DNA from: Octopus sinensis | Taxonomy: Eukaryota | Direction of reading: 5' to 3' | Assembly (NCBI RefSeq): GCF_006345805.1 | Contig: NC_043012.1 | Coordinates: 31,124,001-31,188,000, forward strand | Length of the DNA stretch: 64,000 nt | Shown: positions 13,330-26,236 of the stretch, in pieces | Position numbering within the stretch: the first letter of the stretch is position 1 | How the letters are laid out: each line of letters opens with the position of its first letter | The notes under the pieces: model-generated | What the model was told of the DNA's origin: nothing | Database searches by the model: none | What the model saw: the letters and a program-made list of their open reading frames with translations, nothing else | Program-made: the position numbers and the translations under genes

Positions 13330-14040
13330 AAAAAACATTTTGCTGAATGAAGGCAAGTTATATTTTTTCTCGTTTTAAGTTAAGTAAATTTTTTCTAGAT
13401 GCTTCTTCAGTACACAACTCACATCTTTTGTTGGGGGTTTTATATGATTGTACAAAACTCACAAATTCCCATTTAATATTAAATTCAATGTTATTATCCT
13501 TCAACTCCCATTTAATATTAAATTCAATGTTATTATCCTTCAATTCCCATATGAACTTACTTAATCCAGTAGAATTCATTTTTAGTCTCTGTAAATGGTT
13601 AGCTACTCTAATCTTAATTCTATTTTCTGTTGATCCGATATAATAAAATTTCTTTCCTTGAGATTCAAAGTTACCTTTCTTACATAAATTTTTAAATTTA
13701 CAATTAATTTTAACTTTACAGTTGCAATTTTCATTTACATCCTTATGTATGTTATTCGAAGTATTACTAGGAAGGGAGAAAAATATGGGTTATTTCCCTT
13801 CCACCATTACGTTATTTGTGGCCGTTAACAATTCTATTTAGGTTGAGGTGGGTAAGTTAAGATGTTTCTGTAAAAACTAATTTTTTTGTTTATAGATGAT
13901 AAGATCATAAACAGATTACGAGTTAAACTAAAACCAACTCTGACATGTTTATAATTAATAATTTCACTATATTTATTATCATTGTTAAAATGCTTATGAA
14001 TATTCCTACTCCAATGATATAAATCCTTAAAAATCCTTAA
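13330..14040 (-). pseudogene. PLE GIY-YIG endonuclease region relic with internal 36-bp tandem duplication
   Basis: STGLSKFIWELKDNNIEFNIKWE (repeated)..CELCTEE..LLNLKRE. Confidence 0.75.
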
Positions 14041-14695
14041 AAATGTTTTAGCCCGAAGGCCGCGGCCATGCTGGGGCACCACCGCTGAAACAAAAAAAAA
14101 ATTCTTATTATAGATTCACTGTTGAATAGTTTTATGATGACCACCTTAACATTATGGTAGAAAATAGGCATTATGAAGTTTCTTTTTTTATATAAAAGTA
14201 CCCTAATCTAATGGCTTAGATTGTTTCATTTTTCTCTTATTGGGTCGTTAAATCCTTTTGTAAATTTTTATATTTTAATAGATAAATTTTGCAAAATTTT
14301 GCACGCACCCCCACTCATGTTTCCTAATTTCCACGCTTAGATCTCAATGCGACCGTCTTTGCTTTCCATTTTAAGCCCCTTTTAGTTGATAATCATAATA
14401 TGTTCAGCCACCCTTGCCACTTCTCTTTCTGGTTATCACCACGCCTTTATATCATTATCTTACTAGCGTCTTCTGAGACATATACTTTTATGTAGGCATG
14501 GCTGATTTTATGGACATAGTGAACTAGGGGTAAGGAAAAGAACCTGACATTAATTAATTTATCACCACCAACAAGAACTTAACTGTCAGTTTCCAATGGT
14601 TTTGATTGTAACGGGATGTAGACTGGTTGCTGCATTGGGTCTGTTGAATATGATAAGGATAAAAATGAATGTGTATATATATATACATATATATA

Positions 14696-14747
<52 letters not shown>

Positions 14748-14871
14748 ATATATATATATATACATATATATTGGTAAAACGGTAAGATAACAAAAGAAAG
14801 AAAGAGACCTCAATATTATGTAAATAGAGGAAATTTATCTATAAAATAAATGTTACATTACTCAATAGTCA

Positions 14872-14934
14872 AGATAAAACTCTGAGTTTCAGATGCCGAA
14901 GTGGAAATCCACAACGCCATCTCTTCGGTTATCT
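14872..14934 (-). ncRNA. Type I hammerhead fold, CCGAAGA core variant
   Basis: Stem I AGATAA/TTATCT; stem II GATG.CG/CG.CATC capped by GTGG/CCAC; GAAA; stem III CTC-A-GAG; GTT triplet; lies in a cassette (about 14765-15290) flanked by (TA)n. Confidence 0.6.
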
Positions 14935-15654
14935 GGCTATTTGAAAACACTATGAAAAAATACCGTTATACAAAAGGAAATTACTGTGTTATAACTCTGC
15001 TTGCCTGCGTACTTATACATCGCTATCTAAACGTACACATCTTCACTCGCATTTTTCGCCATAAAAAATTATATAAAAATACATTAAAAATATATAAAAA
15101 ATATATAAAAAATATATAAAAAATATACATAAAATATATATAAAAAATATATGATAGAAGGTATGATGAGGTAAAAAAACTTCTTGAGACATAACATAGA
15201 AAGCATGTTCTATCTGTTTTCTTTAGGGGACCAAAAACGTAACAGAAATTTAGTCATATGTGGGCATGATCCGAAAAGTTCTGTCCTTGAGTTTATATAT
15301 ATATATATATATAATATATATATAACGATTTAGGAGTGACCCCAACAGTCACTCGTTTTGCTACCCTAAATTGACTAATATATATATATATATATATACA
15401 TATATACACATATACATATATAAATATATATACATATATATATAAATATATATATATATATAAATAGACATACATATATAAACATGTATGTATACACACT
15501 CGAGTACATACATATAAATGCTTATATACATATATAATGAGATAAGTAATGATAGACACATATTTATATGTATACAAATATATTTATGTTTATAATTAAT
15601 ATATATTATATACTTATATATACATGTATACAAATATATATATATAATATATAT

Positions 15655-15719
<65 letters not shown>

Positions 15720-15720
<1 letters not shown>

Positions 15721-17839
15721 CATCAGGCGCATCAAAAGACTCAACAAAAAAATCAACCAATTAAAATATTCCCACACGCAACATCCACATTCAACAACAA
15801 TGAAAAGACTAGAGCTGGAAAAACTTCATCTGCAGACTAACATGAAAACCTCCATTGAAAATCAAAGAGCTGTGGAGGAACAATGGGTAATCAAAAACAT
15901 CAAAGAGAACCCAAAAGTGTTCTATTCTTATGCAAATAAGCATAGAACCACTGTCTCACCTATTGGGCCATTGATTGATGAAAACGGCATTCCCCAACAC
16001 GATGAAAGAAATGCAGAAATACTGCAGAAACATATTGCTCTGTCTTCAGTGTTCCCACTGATATTGATGTGAGGAGGAAACGAACGAAGCTGACTCCCAA
16101 CACAAAATCGCAGACATAACCTTCACTGCCACCGACATCGTAGCAGCAATAAAGGAGGTCAACATTACTCTGCTGTAGGCCCTGATAGATTTCCCGCCAG
16201 TCTCCTGAAGGAATGTAGATATCAACTTGCAGTCCCTCTGACCAACCTCTGGAGAAACTCGTTAGACGCAGGTTATATACCGAAAAAGTTTCTATCCCAG
16301 TCGGTCATCCCGGTTTTCAAACAGGGAAACAGATCCCTCGCAGTCAACTATCGCCCAATCTCACTCACCTCCCACATCATTAAAGTGTTTGAAAGAGTGT
16401 TAAGATCAAGGATAGCTGACTTCCTGGAGACCCACAAACTCCTAAATTAAAATCAACATGGCTTTCGCTGTGGCAGGGACTGTCTAACACAGCTCTTACA
16501 CCACATTGAAGATGTACTCAAAGCCTTGGGAACAGGTTCGAACTCTGACGTCATATACCTTGACTTCAGTAAAGCGTTCGACAGGGTAGACCATAACATC
16601 CTACTCTCAAAATTGGCAAATGTTGGAATCCGTGGAAAAGTTCTACACTGGATTCAGTATTTCCTAGCGAATAGAACACAACATGTTGTAGTTGATGGAG
16701 TCCACTCAAACCCAGCAAAAGTCACCAGCGGTGTTCCCCAGGGAACTGTTTTGGGTCCGCTACTCTTAATTTATTGTAAACGACCTTTCCAGTGTCGTAC
16801 ATCACTGCAAAGTGAAAATATTCGCTGATGACACTAAGCTCAGCAAATCGTCAATGAAGAAGCAGACCGAACTCAACTCCAGTCTGACCTATATGCTGTG
16901 AGTCAATGGGCAGACAGAAGAAACAAAATGCAACTGAATGAGGGAAAATTTGAGCTGATGCATTTTGGAAGAAATTCTCACTAAAACAACTATACTCTCT
17001 TCCTTCAGGGGAACCGCTCACAGCCTCAACAATATCAGAGACCTGGGTGTAATTGTTGATGACGATCTCAGTTGAGTGCACACATCAACAAGAAGGTCGA
17101 TACAGCTCGTAGGATGAGTTCCTGGATCTTAAGAACTTCCGGTCCAGAGAACAAGGTGTCATCATACCACTTTTTCATCCTTTGTACGGCCACACCTTGA
17201 ATACTGCTGCCCACTGTGGTCTCCTCACACAAGACAAAACATCTCCAGAATTGAGTCACTCCAGAGGGCTCTCACTAAACAAATTGAAGGCATGGCTGCT
17301 CTCGACTATTGGGATCGCCTTAAAGCCTTGAAACTTTACTCCCTCCAGCGTCGCCGTGAGCGGTACATCATTTGTACGATGTGGAAAATATACCGCCAAC
17401 TTTGCCCAAACGACCTAAACATTAGCTTCAAGGTTCATCCGAGACTTGGACCACGGGCTATACGTCCCCTGCCAAATTCAAGATCACAACATACATGTAC
17501 ACTGCAACATAATTTCTTTTCCTCAACAGGCCCTGCCCTATTTAACATTGTCCCGAGGGAGATCAAAGAGGAAAAGGATCCCATCAACTTCAAACAGAGT
17601 CTGGATAGATTCCTTCAAAGAATACCAGACAAACCACCCATAATTGGATACAACTCACCCAACAAGAACTCACTACTTGAACAAAACTGGATACAACTCA
17701 CCCAACAAGAACTCACTACTTGAACAAAACTTGACTTAAACAGGATTCGAATAATCCTATCAGGTGGTGCTATTAAGTTAGACATGGCCTGGACCAATCT
17801 CTGGTCGAAACATATCTAAGTTTTATCTAAGTTTTAAGT

Positions 17840-17840
<1 letters not shown>
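15720..17840 (+). pseudogene. CR1-type LINE, 5'-truncated ORF2 (RT) relic with 3' tail
   Basis: IKENPKVFYSY, DVIYLDFSKAFDRVDH, SGVPQGTVLGPLL, LKLYSLQRRRERY; 43-bp duplication at 17645-17730; tail stem-loop and (ATCTAAGTTTT)n. Confidence 0.9.
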
Positions 17841-17889
<49 letters not shown>

Positions 17890-18504
17890 AGTATATGTAT
17901 TAATTATATGCATTCACACACACACATATATTGTGATATGTGTGTCTAAGTATTTCGCTTAAGAACTCAAGTAAAATATTCTCCTTCAAATTTTCTACAA
18001 GATCAATCAAATTGTCTTTAAAGAACCAAAAAAGAAACACAACTAAATATGATAATATCAACGACGTGGAAAACAGACATACGATAATAATATCTTTCAA
18101 CAATTATCGATTTGTCAGCATGTTTGCAGCTGCCGTTATCACTGTCATAACATTTGATATTTTAAATACAGAACTACATGGCTGCACATATGTTGTGGTC
18201 TCAGTTTACTGAATAGAAAATCGGAAAAGAAAGACAGTGGCGGAGCCATCTTGGTCTGATTGATATCAGATGTGATGGATAAAATATTCTTATAGGAAAC
18301 ATTGACAACGATAAATCACTTCTAAAGCTTAGACTCTATGACTAAATTGGCTTCAATGTTTATACGTGGTTGTATAGGCTTATGTGTGGTCAAACTCATG
18401 CAGATACACATATGCACTCCATAAATATACATACGTGCATACATACACGTGCTTACATGCATACATACATACATACATACATACATACATACATACATAC
18501 ATAC

Positions 18505-18820
18505 ATACATAGCAGAGAAACTGTGTACAGTTGAGGAAATTAGCTGCCCATCGAATATTAACATAGAGCTAAAGATCAGTGGAAAAGAAAATACCTACGG
18601 TGAACTCTTGAGAAATCTACAGTTACACTATCCAGATTACAAGTTCAGGTTTATACCTGTAATTTTAGGGGCACTGAGATATGTAACACACTGCCTAAAT
18701 ACCAATCTTGAGAAATTAGGCTTCTCAAGACCAGAAAGGAGAAAGCTGATTCGAAGGCTACAGATCCAATCCATCACTGGAACTGTAAAAATTCGTAAAA
18801 CATTCCAGAAGTTTATCATT
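18505..18820 (+). pseudogene. RLE-type non-LTR retrotransposon (R4/Dong- or NeSL-like) C-terminal fragment
   Basis: EISCPSNINIELKISGKENTYGEL..FIPVILGAL..QSITGTVKI. Confidence 0.7.
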
Positions 18821-18966
18821 ATATATATATTATATATATATATATATATATATGTATATCAGATATATATATATATATGAGGACAATATCGTTAAATTTA
18901 AATATCGATCTTATCAAGTGGCAAGTATGGGAATGAAAACCTTTAAAGGTAATAATTATTATTAAA

Positions 18967-19072
18967 ATTATAATTTAGGGTATCTAAGAGATACAAGCAA
19001 TGTGGTTTTAGAGTGAAGTTTTGGCTGCTATTTCCAGCGAGGCGGTGTCTCTTAGATACCCTAAATTATAAT
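18967..19072. repeat. 106-bp fold-back with 25-bp perfect inverted termini
   Basis: ATTATAATTTAGGGTATCTAAGAGA / TCTCTTAGATACCCTAAATTATAAT. Confidence 0.85.
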
Positions 19073-19091
19073 CATATATATATATATATAA

Positions 19092-19560
19092 TTGTTGTTG
19101 TTGTTGTTGTTAGCATTCTTTTTGTCTCGGGAGACAATGGAGTTGCGCATAAAATAGTCTAGTCCGGCTTTTACATTTCATGTCCTGATACATTTCCTGC
19201 TGTGGCTGTGTAGTCCTATCCTGGACGAACACTCCCTCTGGCAGGTACCGCAAATGTAGCGAAGACTGTTCCTGGCTGGTTGTAATGTCATAGTTTCTTG
19301 TTGACGTCTTTTCTTGTCTTTCCATTTCTCCTCTCTCTCTGTGTCACTCCTTTGTACTCCCTCTTTTACGGTACGTCGCCAATCTCCATGGTTGCTGGCA
19401 ATTGCTTCCCAACCGCTAATATTGATGTTGCAGGCCTTCATGTCCCTTTTGAAAACATCCTTGTAACGTAAGAACGGTCTACCCACAGACCTAGTACCCC
19501 TATAATCCGGTTCTTCACTGAAGATTGAAGGCTTCGAATGTCCCGTCCATGTTTTTTGTA
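19092..19560 (-). pseudogene. RTE (BovB-like) LINE 3' fragment
   Basis: GRPFLRYKDVFKRDMK..YICGTCQRECSSRIGLHSHSRKC followed by an (ACA)n tail. Confidence 0.85.
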
Positions 19561-20094
19561 TCGTCTTCTAAATGTTTCACGTTCTTGTCCCAGTTTGTAT
19601 TTTTTTACATTTACATTCCCTGTTGACGTTGTTGATATTCCAATGAAGGAGCCTTGGATTTTGGTTAGAAACCGGCTCTTCGTCTATTGGTAAGAAATCT
19701 TGAAATAAAACTGAATGATGACATACATATATTATACATGTATTATACATGCACGCATACATACATACATACATACACACATGTCATATCAAGGTTGACA
19801 GTAGACTCCATATCTTGTAATAAGTCCCTTGTTCAATGGTTTGCTGTTTTCATGTCGTATCTGAGAACACACACACACACATAAACACACACACAGACAT
19901 ATATATATATATTTATATATATATACATATATATATATATGTATAAATGTATGTATGTATGTATGTATGTATGTATGTATGTATATATGTATGTATGTGT
20001 GTATGTGTGTATGTGTGTTTGTATGTGTAAGCGTGTATGTATGTGTATGTGTGTATGTGTGTATGTATGTGTATGCGTGTGTGTGTGAGTTTGT

Positions 20095-20207
20095 GTCTAT
20101 GTTTGTCCACCGCTTGACAACCGGTGTTCTTCTAAAACCTTCAAGTTGATGCTCCAGAATGGCCGCAGTCAAACGAGTGAAACAAGTAATAGATAAAAAG
20201 ATAAAAT
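20095..20207 (+). mobile_element. SINE family B 3' tail fragment
   Basis: GATGCTCCAGAATGGCCGCAGTCAAACGAGTGAAACAAGTAATAG. Confidence 0.75.
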
Positions 20208-21047
20208 GTAGCCTCATTTGGTTATTCTTGGGAATCCAGCAAGAAAGTTTAATGACGTTTGCTTCTGATAAGACCACATGGAGGAGGTGTCTGTGAAGAC
20301 CCTCCCTGGAATAGAAGGCGGAGGAGATGGATGGATGGGTGGAACAAATATTTCAACGATCTAACAGGAACATTTCTTCGTTTTTAGGGTATAGTAATTT
20401 GTTAATTAAAATAGTAAGAATTTACACTGCAACAATATATAAAAAATACATCGATATATCCATGTCTGCAGACACAGTTTCATAAGCTGGTAATTTCTCT
20501 GTGAAAAGTAGAATCTTTGTCTGTTGATAATCTAACAAAACTAAAAAGTAGTCAGATCGATTCCAGCTTCTCCCTACAGAAACATAAAAAAAGCATATGA
20601 TGTAATTATAGACTAAATAGATACTATATATATTGTACACGAACACACGCGCACACACATTCACGCACGTACACTCACACACGTACGCAGACACACATAT
20701 ATACACAGATATGCATAGCGTTGCAAATTTTGGAATAAGACAGCAAAAAAGAAAAGCCGGAGAAATGTCTATATAAGAACAGCACATTCGACAATATAAT
20801 GAAATACTAGCGCCCCCGAAGAAGTGAATTCACTAACAAATTTAGAAAAGTCTGTGTAATAAAAACTGAATATTAATTCAGTAAAAGATAAAAGATAGAT
20901 TTGTAAATGAATCGATTCTATCAATTAGTATTTAAAGCATATTTGGCAAAGTGAATGAGTGCTGAATATGATAAACTAATCTGTCATCTGCGATATTAAA
21001 AAGGTGGTGTATCGTATAAGGAGTCCACGGCGTCAATTTCGATCGTC

Positions 21048-21407
21048 TCTATATATAAACGGCAAAATGTCTGCGTATGTGTCCTTTATACAAATCCACA
21101 ATTTTTCAGTTAGAGGGCTCGCACTTTCTATGGTCATTCAAAACCGTCCAAGGGTGGTCGTACACATTTTTACATTTCCCCAGTCACCCCGCAAAGCCAT
21201 TAAAAAATCAATAGAAGTGACTTTTTTGAGAATTTTCTATCCAAAACCCAATCAAAATACCCGAAACTTGATACTCCAATTGAATGCCAGCTAGCTGTAT
21301 GTGATTGGTCGGAGATTTGGACAGTACTCGCGTGTATGTGCGCACGCATGCAGCTGTATATGCATGCACTAGCACTATGACCCGGCGTTGCCGGGTCATA
21401 GTGCTAG
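21048..21407 (+). mobile_element. Non-autonomous Helitron-like element, copy 1
   Basis: 5' TCTATATATAAA, 3' CTAG(T) with GC-rich subterminal hairpin; homologous to 60206-60571. Confidence 0.75.
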
Positions 21408-21729
21408 TGTGTAATAAAATAGGAAAGAGAAAAAGCTTAGCGTATTAGAGAAAAATTAAGTGGACACTGAAATAGATATAACGAAAAGATACCATATATA
21501 TTATTATTCGAACATCTGATATATGGTTGGCAGATTAGTACAGGGTGCGGCCAAAAACATCCTCCAGCAATTTAGAGGCTGACACGTTTCAACAGAAAAC
21601 GCACAGTACGCACTTATCTAAACTATGATGGTAACTAAAAAAATAACAACAAAAGATAAGAAACGGCAAAATATTGATTTCGAATTGTGCATAAGGCTCG
21701 CAATTTCGAGTGGTGGTGGTGGTGGCGGG

Positions 21730-22082
21730 GACAAGTCGATTACATCGACCCAGGTCTTCAACTGGAACTCATTTTATCGCCCACGAAAGGATGAAAAGCG
21801 AAGTCGACCTAGGCGGAATTTGAACTCAGAATATGAAGCTCGCAGCGTCAAGAAACGGAAAAAATATTCCTTTTTACTGTAGGCACAAAGCCTGAAATTT
21901 TGGGAGGCGGGGATCGTAGATTACATCGACTCCAGTGCTCAACTGTTACTTATTTTATCAACCCCGAAAAGATGAAAGGCAAAGTCGACCTTGGCTGAAT
22001 TTGAACTCAGAACGTACAGACAGACAAAATCCTGTTAAGCATTTTGCCCAGTATGCTAACGATTCTGTCGGCTCGCCGCCAA
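21730..22082 (-). mobile_element. Two adjacent SINE family A copies
   Basis: Two GATGAAA.GC.AAGTCGACCT.GGC.GAATTTGAACTCAGAA cores, near 21790 and 21975. Confidence 0.85.
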
Positions 22083-22498
22083 GAAACGGTAAAATATTAG
22101 CTTCATGTAGACACTGTTATGCATCGAACAACAAGAACGGGAGTTTTTCTTTGGCACACCCAATAGTAACTATATAGTAATTATATGTACGTCTAAAAAT
22201 AACACGAAACTATGACAGTTTACCGAGTCCATATGTTGGGTAAAAAATTCGCTGTACCAAATGTACTTTTCTCGTGCCAATAAGGTGAAGATTTCTACTC
22301 TAATGATAATAGTAATATTACTGATAATAAAAGTAGCCTTTATAGTAATACATATATACGTTTAATAAATCAGTATTATAATTACTGTGTTATATTTATG
22401 GCACTGACCTCAATATAACACAACTGCAGTGCTACTATGGGCTATAATAGTCATTAATGGCGAGGGAAATTAGGAAATTTAAGTACTCAAAAATATAT

Positions 22499-22732
22499 TA
22501 TTTCTTTACTACCCACAAGGGGATAAACACAGATTGGACAAACAAGGACAGACAGATGGATTAAGTCGATTACATCGACCCCATTGCGTAACTTGTACTT
22601 AATTTATCGACCCCGAAAGGATGAAAGGCAAAGTCGACCTCGGCGGAATTTGAACTCAGAACGAATCGGCAGACGAAATACGGCTACGCATTTCGCCCGG
22701 CGTGCTAACGTTTCTGCCAGATCGCCGTCTTC
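22499..22732 (-). mobile_element. Full-length SINE family A with 19-bp TSD
   Basis: TSD TAAGTACTCAAAAATATAT at 22480-22498 and 22733-22751. Confidence 0.95.
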
Positions 22733-22838
22733 TAAGTACTCAAAAATATATAGAAACTATCACAAGGCCACTCAAGTACAGAGACGTTAATTGAATCAAG
22801 CGACTATGGCACCATACAAAACCTCCTCTTAAAATGAG

Positions 22839-23264
22839 GGATCTTTTCGGTTTGAACTGCAGTTTTTAACATAATTTCTAGGTAATTAAACACTTTTGAA
22901 CTTCGTATACTGGTAGAATGTATTTATAAAACATCTTTTTCTCTTGGCTTTATTGAGAAAATCTATAGTTTGCAAGATATTTGTTGTTTTTTTCTTCAAT
23001 TTCTGCAATTTCAACCAATCAATGACTTCTATTGAGGTAAAAAACATTCTGTGCCGTATGAATATGTCCCTCGTTTAAGAAACAGATTGGGTTTATTTAC
23101 ATTTGTGAAGAAAAAAAGATACCCTTCCCCCCCACCCCTAACCCTAACTAACCCTAACCCTAAAACAGGTTGAAATGCAATAGATCGATACTAGGGTCAT
23201 AATTAAGGGTGACAATTTCATATGACACCGCTACAAAAAATTGCCGTTCAAACCGAAAAGATCC
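22839..23264. mobile_element. 426-bp MITE with 8-bp TSD and internal (CCCTAA)n
   Basis: TIR GGATCTTTTCGGTTTGAAC / GTTCAAACCGAAAAGATCC; TSD AAAATGAG at 22831-22838 and 23265-23272. Confidence 0.92.
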
Positions 23265-23499
23265 AAAATGAGTGAAACATTAAATAGAGTGCGAATGTAA
23301 AAAGAGAATTTCAAAAACTACGTGTGTAGCATGAAGCAATATGACAGGAAATAGGTAAATATGCGATATCCACTTCCGGTCCCAAATTGAATTACAAAAA
23401 TATCGATTCAGTCAACGTTTACGCCACCAGGAAGATACAAGCAATACAAATAAAAAACATATACATAAGCAGCTTCAATAAATATGTAAAAAAATTTCA

Positions 23500-24010
23500 A
23501 CGTGTAAGAACTAAGTCTTATAGATTGGATATCTTCATATATTTATTGAATACTGGACAGATACAATAGCATTTGGTGAATAAGAAAGATTTGCTATCAA
23601 AAAGCGAGATTAATGAACAAGAGAGATTTGTGATGACGGATTTGACATTCACCAACAAATAACTAACAAGTAAAAAGTAGGGAATTACATACACCGGATG
23701 TTGTGTGAACACTATGGAATGCCAGCAGCAAAAAGGTTGATATAAATATACCTCAGAAAAGACATCAGGAAATGGCAAAGCAGCGATACTCTGAGAAATG
23801 CCAATACACGCAGATATAACCCAAATCCCAGCATTTATGAATATCTTACAACTTAAAGAAACTAGCTCTGCCAGGCACCGCGCACATCCGATGTAGAATA
23901 CTTTCAATACAACAAAAGACAACCCCAAAACAAACCACAGCACACACCTGAGGTACACAGAGAGGCATTTGAAAATTCAGTGAAAGCACGCAATAAAACT
24001 AAGACTATTG
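23500..24010 (+). pseudogene. R4/Dong-like retrotransposon 3' relic
   Basis: KVGNYIHRMLCEHYGMP..TSEKTSGNGKAAIL*EMPIHAD; 3' UTR GTGAAAGCACGC.ATAAAA shared with 30500-30720; runs into (AAT)n. Confidence 0.65.
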
Positions 24011-24092
24011 AATAATAATAATAATAATAATAATACTAATAAATAATAATAATAATAATAATAATAAAAATAATAATAATATAATAATAATA

Positions 24093-24147
<55 letters not shown>

Positions 24148-24269
24148 TAATAATAATAATAAATAATATAATATAATAATAAATAATAAATAATAATAAT
24201 AATAAATAATAATAATAATAATAATAAAAAAAATAATAATAATAATAAATAATAATAATAATAATAATA

Positions 24270-24315
<46 letters not shown>

Positions 24316-24455
24316 TAATAATAATATAATAATAATAATATAATAATAAATAATAATAATAATAAATAATAAATAATAATAATATAATAATAATAATAAT
24401 ATAATAATAATAATAATATATAATAATATAATAATAATAATAATAAATAATAATA

Positions 24456-24495
<40 letters not shown>

Positions 24496-24587
24496 TAATA
24501 ATAATAATAAATAATAATAATAATAATATAATAATAATATAATATAATAATAATAATAATAAATAATATAATAATAATAATATAATA

Positions 24588-24621
<34 letters not shown>
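24010..24621. repeat. About 610-bp interrupted (AAT)n array
   Basis: Read directly. Confidence 0.95.
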
Positions 24622-24622
<1 letters not shown>

Positions 24623-24759
24623 GTTTCATTTATTTGCCAGCAGGACGAAGGATGATGGGGAAAATACAAGGACAGACATGTGGCTTACATGTATTGAAAT
24701 GATAAAATAATTATATAAAAAAAATGTAAGTATAATGTAAGGGACGTATACATAGTATA

Positions 24760-25020
24760 CAAAGGTTTAAAAAAAGTGAGGAGGAGGATAGAGATGTAGC
24801 CCTTCTGATACAGGATGACCTCTAGGGATAATCGATGAACCCCACTGTCCGAGATTTCCCTGAACACCAAGAGCGAGTTCCCTCTCCACCCTCAATTTCG
24901 TTTTCAAGTGAAACTTGAAGAAGTCAATGCGAGCTCTATTAAAGAGGAATGTATCTGTCTTCATGCCTTTCAGTTTTGTCCAGGAAAACTACCTTGCTTG
25001 TACAGTTGAAAGCGGACGGC
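24760..25020 (-). pseudogene. Probable L1/Tx1-type LINE C-terminal fragment
   Basis: IDFFKFHLKTKLRVERE resembles the Tx1-like C-terminus (from memory, not searched). Confidence 0.45.
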
Positions 25021-25085
25021 GGGGCAAATAATAATAATAATAATAATAATAATATAATAATAATAATAATAATAATAACAACAAC

Positions 25086-25118
<33 letters not shown>

Positions 25119-25121
25119 CAT

Positions 25122-25290
25122 AGTTTCAAATTTGGCACAAGGCCAGCAACGTCGGGGGCTAAGTCGATTACATCGACTCCAGTGCTCGATTAGTACTTAT
25201 TTTATTGACTCCAAAATTCCTCGGCGGAATTTTAGCTCGGAGCGTAAAGATGGACGAAATCCCGCTAAGCATTTTGTCCGAGTTGATAAG
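25122..25290 (-). mobile_element. SINE family A, degraded
   Basis: AAGTCGATTACATCGAC.CCAGT..CCTCGGCGGAATTT..CCGCTAAGCATTTTG. Confidence 0.7.
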
Positions 25291-25322
25291 GATTCTGCCG
25301 AGTTGATAAGGATTCTCCACCT

Positions 25323-25358
<36 letters not shown>

Positions 25359-26236
25359 GTATAGTTACAAGGATAATATATAATGCACAAACGTAAGTGT
25401 ATAATAGTGTAAACCTGAATGTATATACATCATAAACTGAATATACACCAACCTAGACCCATTCTCACTGTCTTTCGCTGTTTCTCACACACCCAAATGC
25501 ACACAAATACACATCCTTAACATAACAAGAACCGCATCTAAATAAAACTAGATCTTCTCATTAGAACCAGAAATATTTCAGCTTCCGACATTTACTAAAT
25601 CTTTACAAAAGCTTAAGCGAGACCTACATGGTGTATTGATCCTGCATCTGAGACTGTGTTGCTGTAACATACAAAGACACCCTCGACAGCGTTCAATGAA
25701 AATGTCATTTGGCTACTTGCTTGAAGTAACTCAGAGACACACTGTAGCCTGACACACAGACATGCTGTCTTCTCTCCTTGCTTTTCTACTGGTGCAACAA
25801 CGGTCTCTTTGCGTGATTTTGACGAAGATATCGTAAGTGTATATCAATGCACGTGAGACTGCTACGGAAAAAAAATAATAAAACGATGTATTTTACGTGT
25901 ATGCATTTCAATAAGTAGCTTGATTATAATTTTCTAGTGTCCCTTTGTTTTATCAATGTTTATGCGTCATTATATTACTTCAGTAAACCTGAAATTTTCA
26001 TGTTTTTTCATGAATTTTCCGTTAATTGGTACGAGCAAAAATAACTTTGTTATACTTATGAGAATATTAGTCTTTTAATTACTATACCTCTCATTTCACT
26101 ATATACATATGTCTATGTATGGGTGTGTGTATGTTTTATTAAGACCGGTCCAGTAGCTTATTACTCTGGAGTTTCCACAGCGTGCAGCCGCTTCTCTAGA
26201 GCACCCTGTATGTAAATATATATAACTAGAAGCTTA

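Noticed and set aside
20810-20840. CCGAAGA-AGTG/CACT hairpin
   Set aside because: GAAA and stem III are absent
23137-23163. Telomere or chromosome-fusion scar
   Set aside because: Only about 4 units, enclosed within a TSD-flanked MITE
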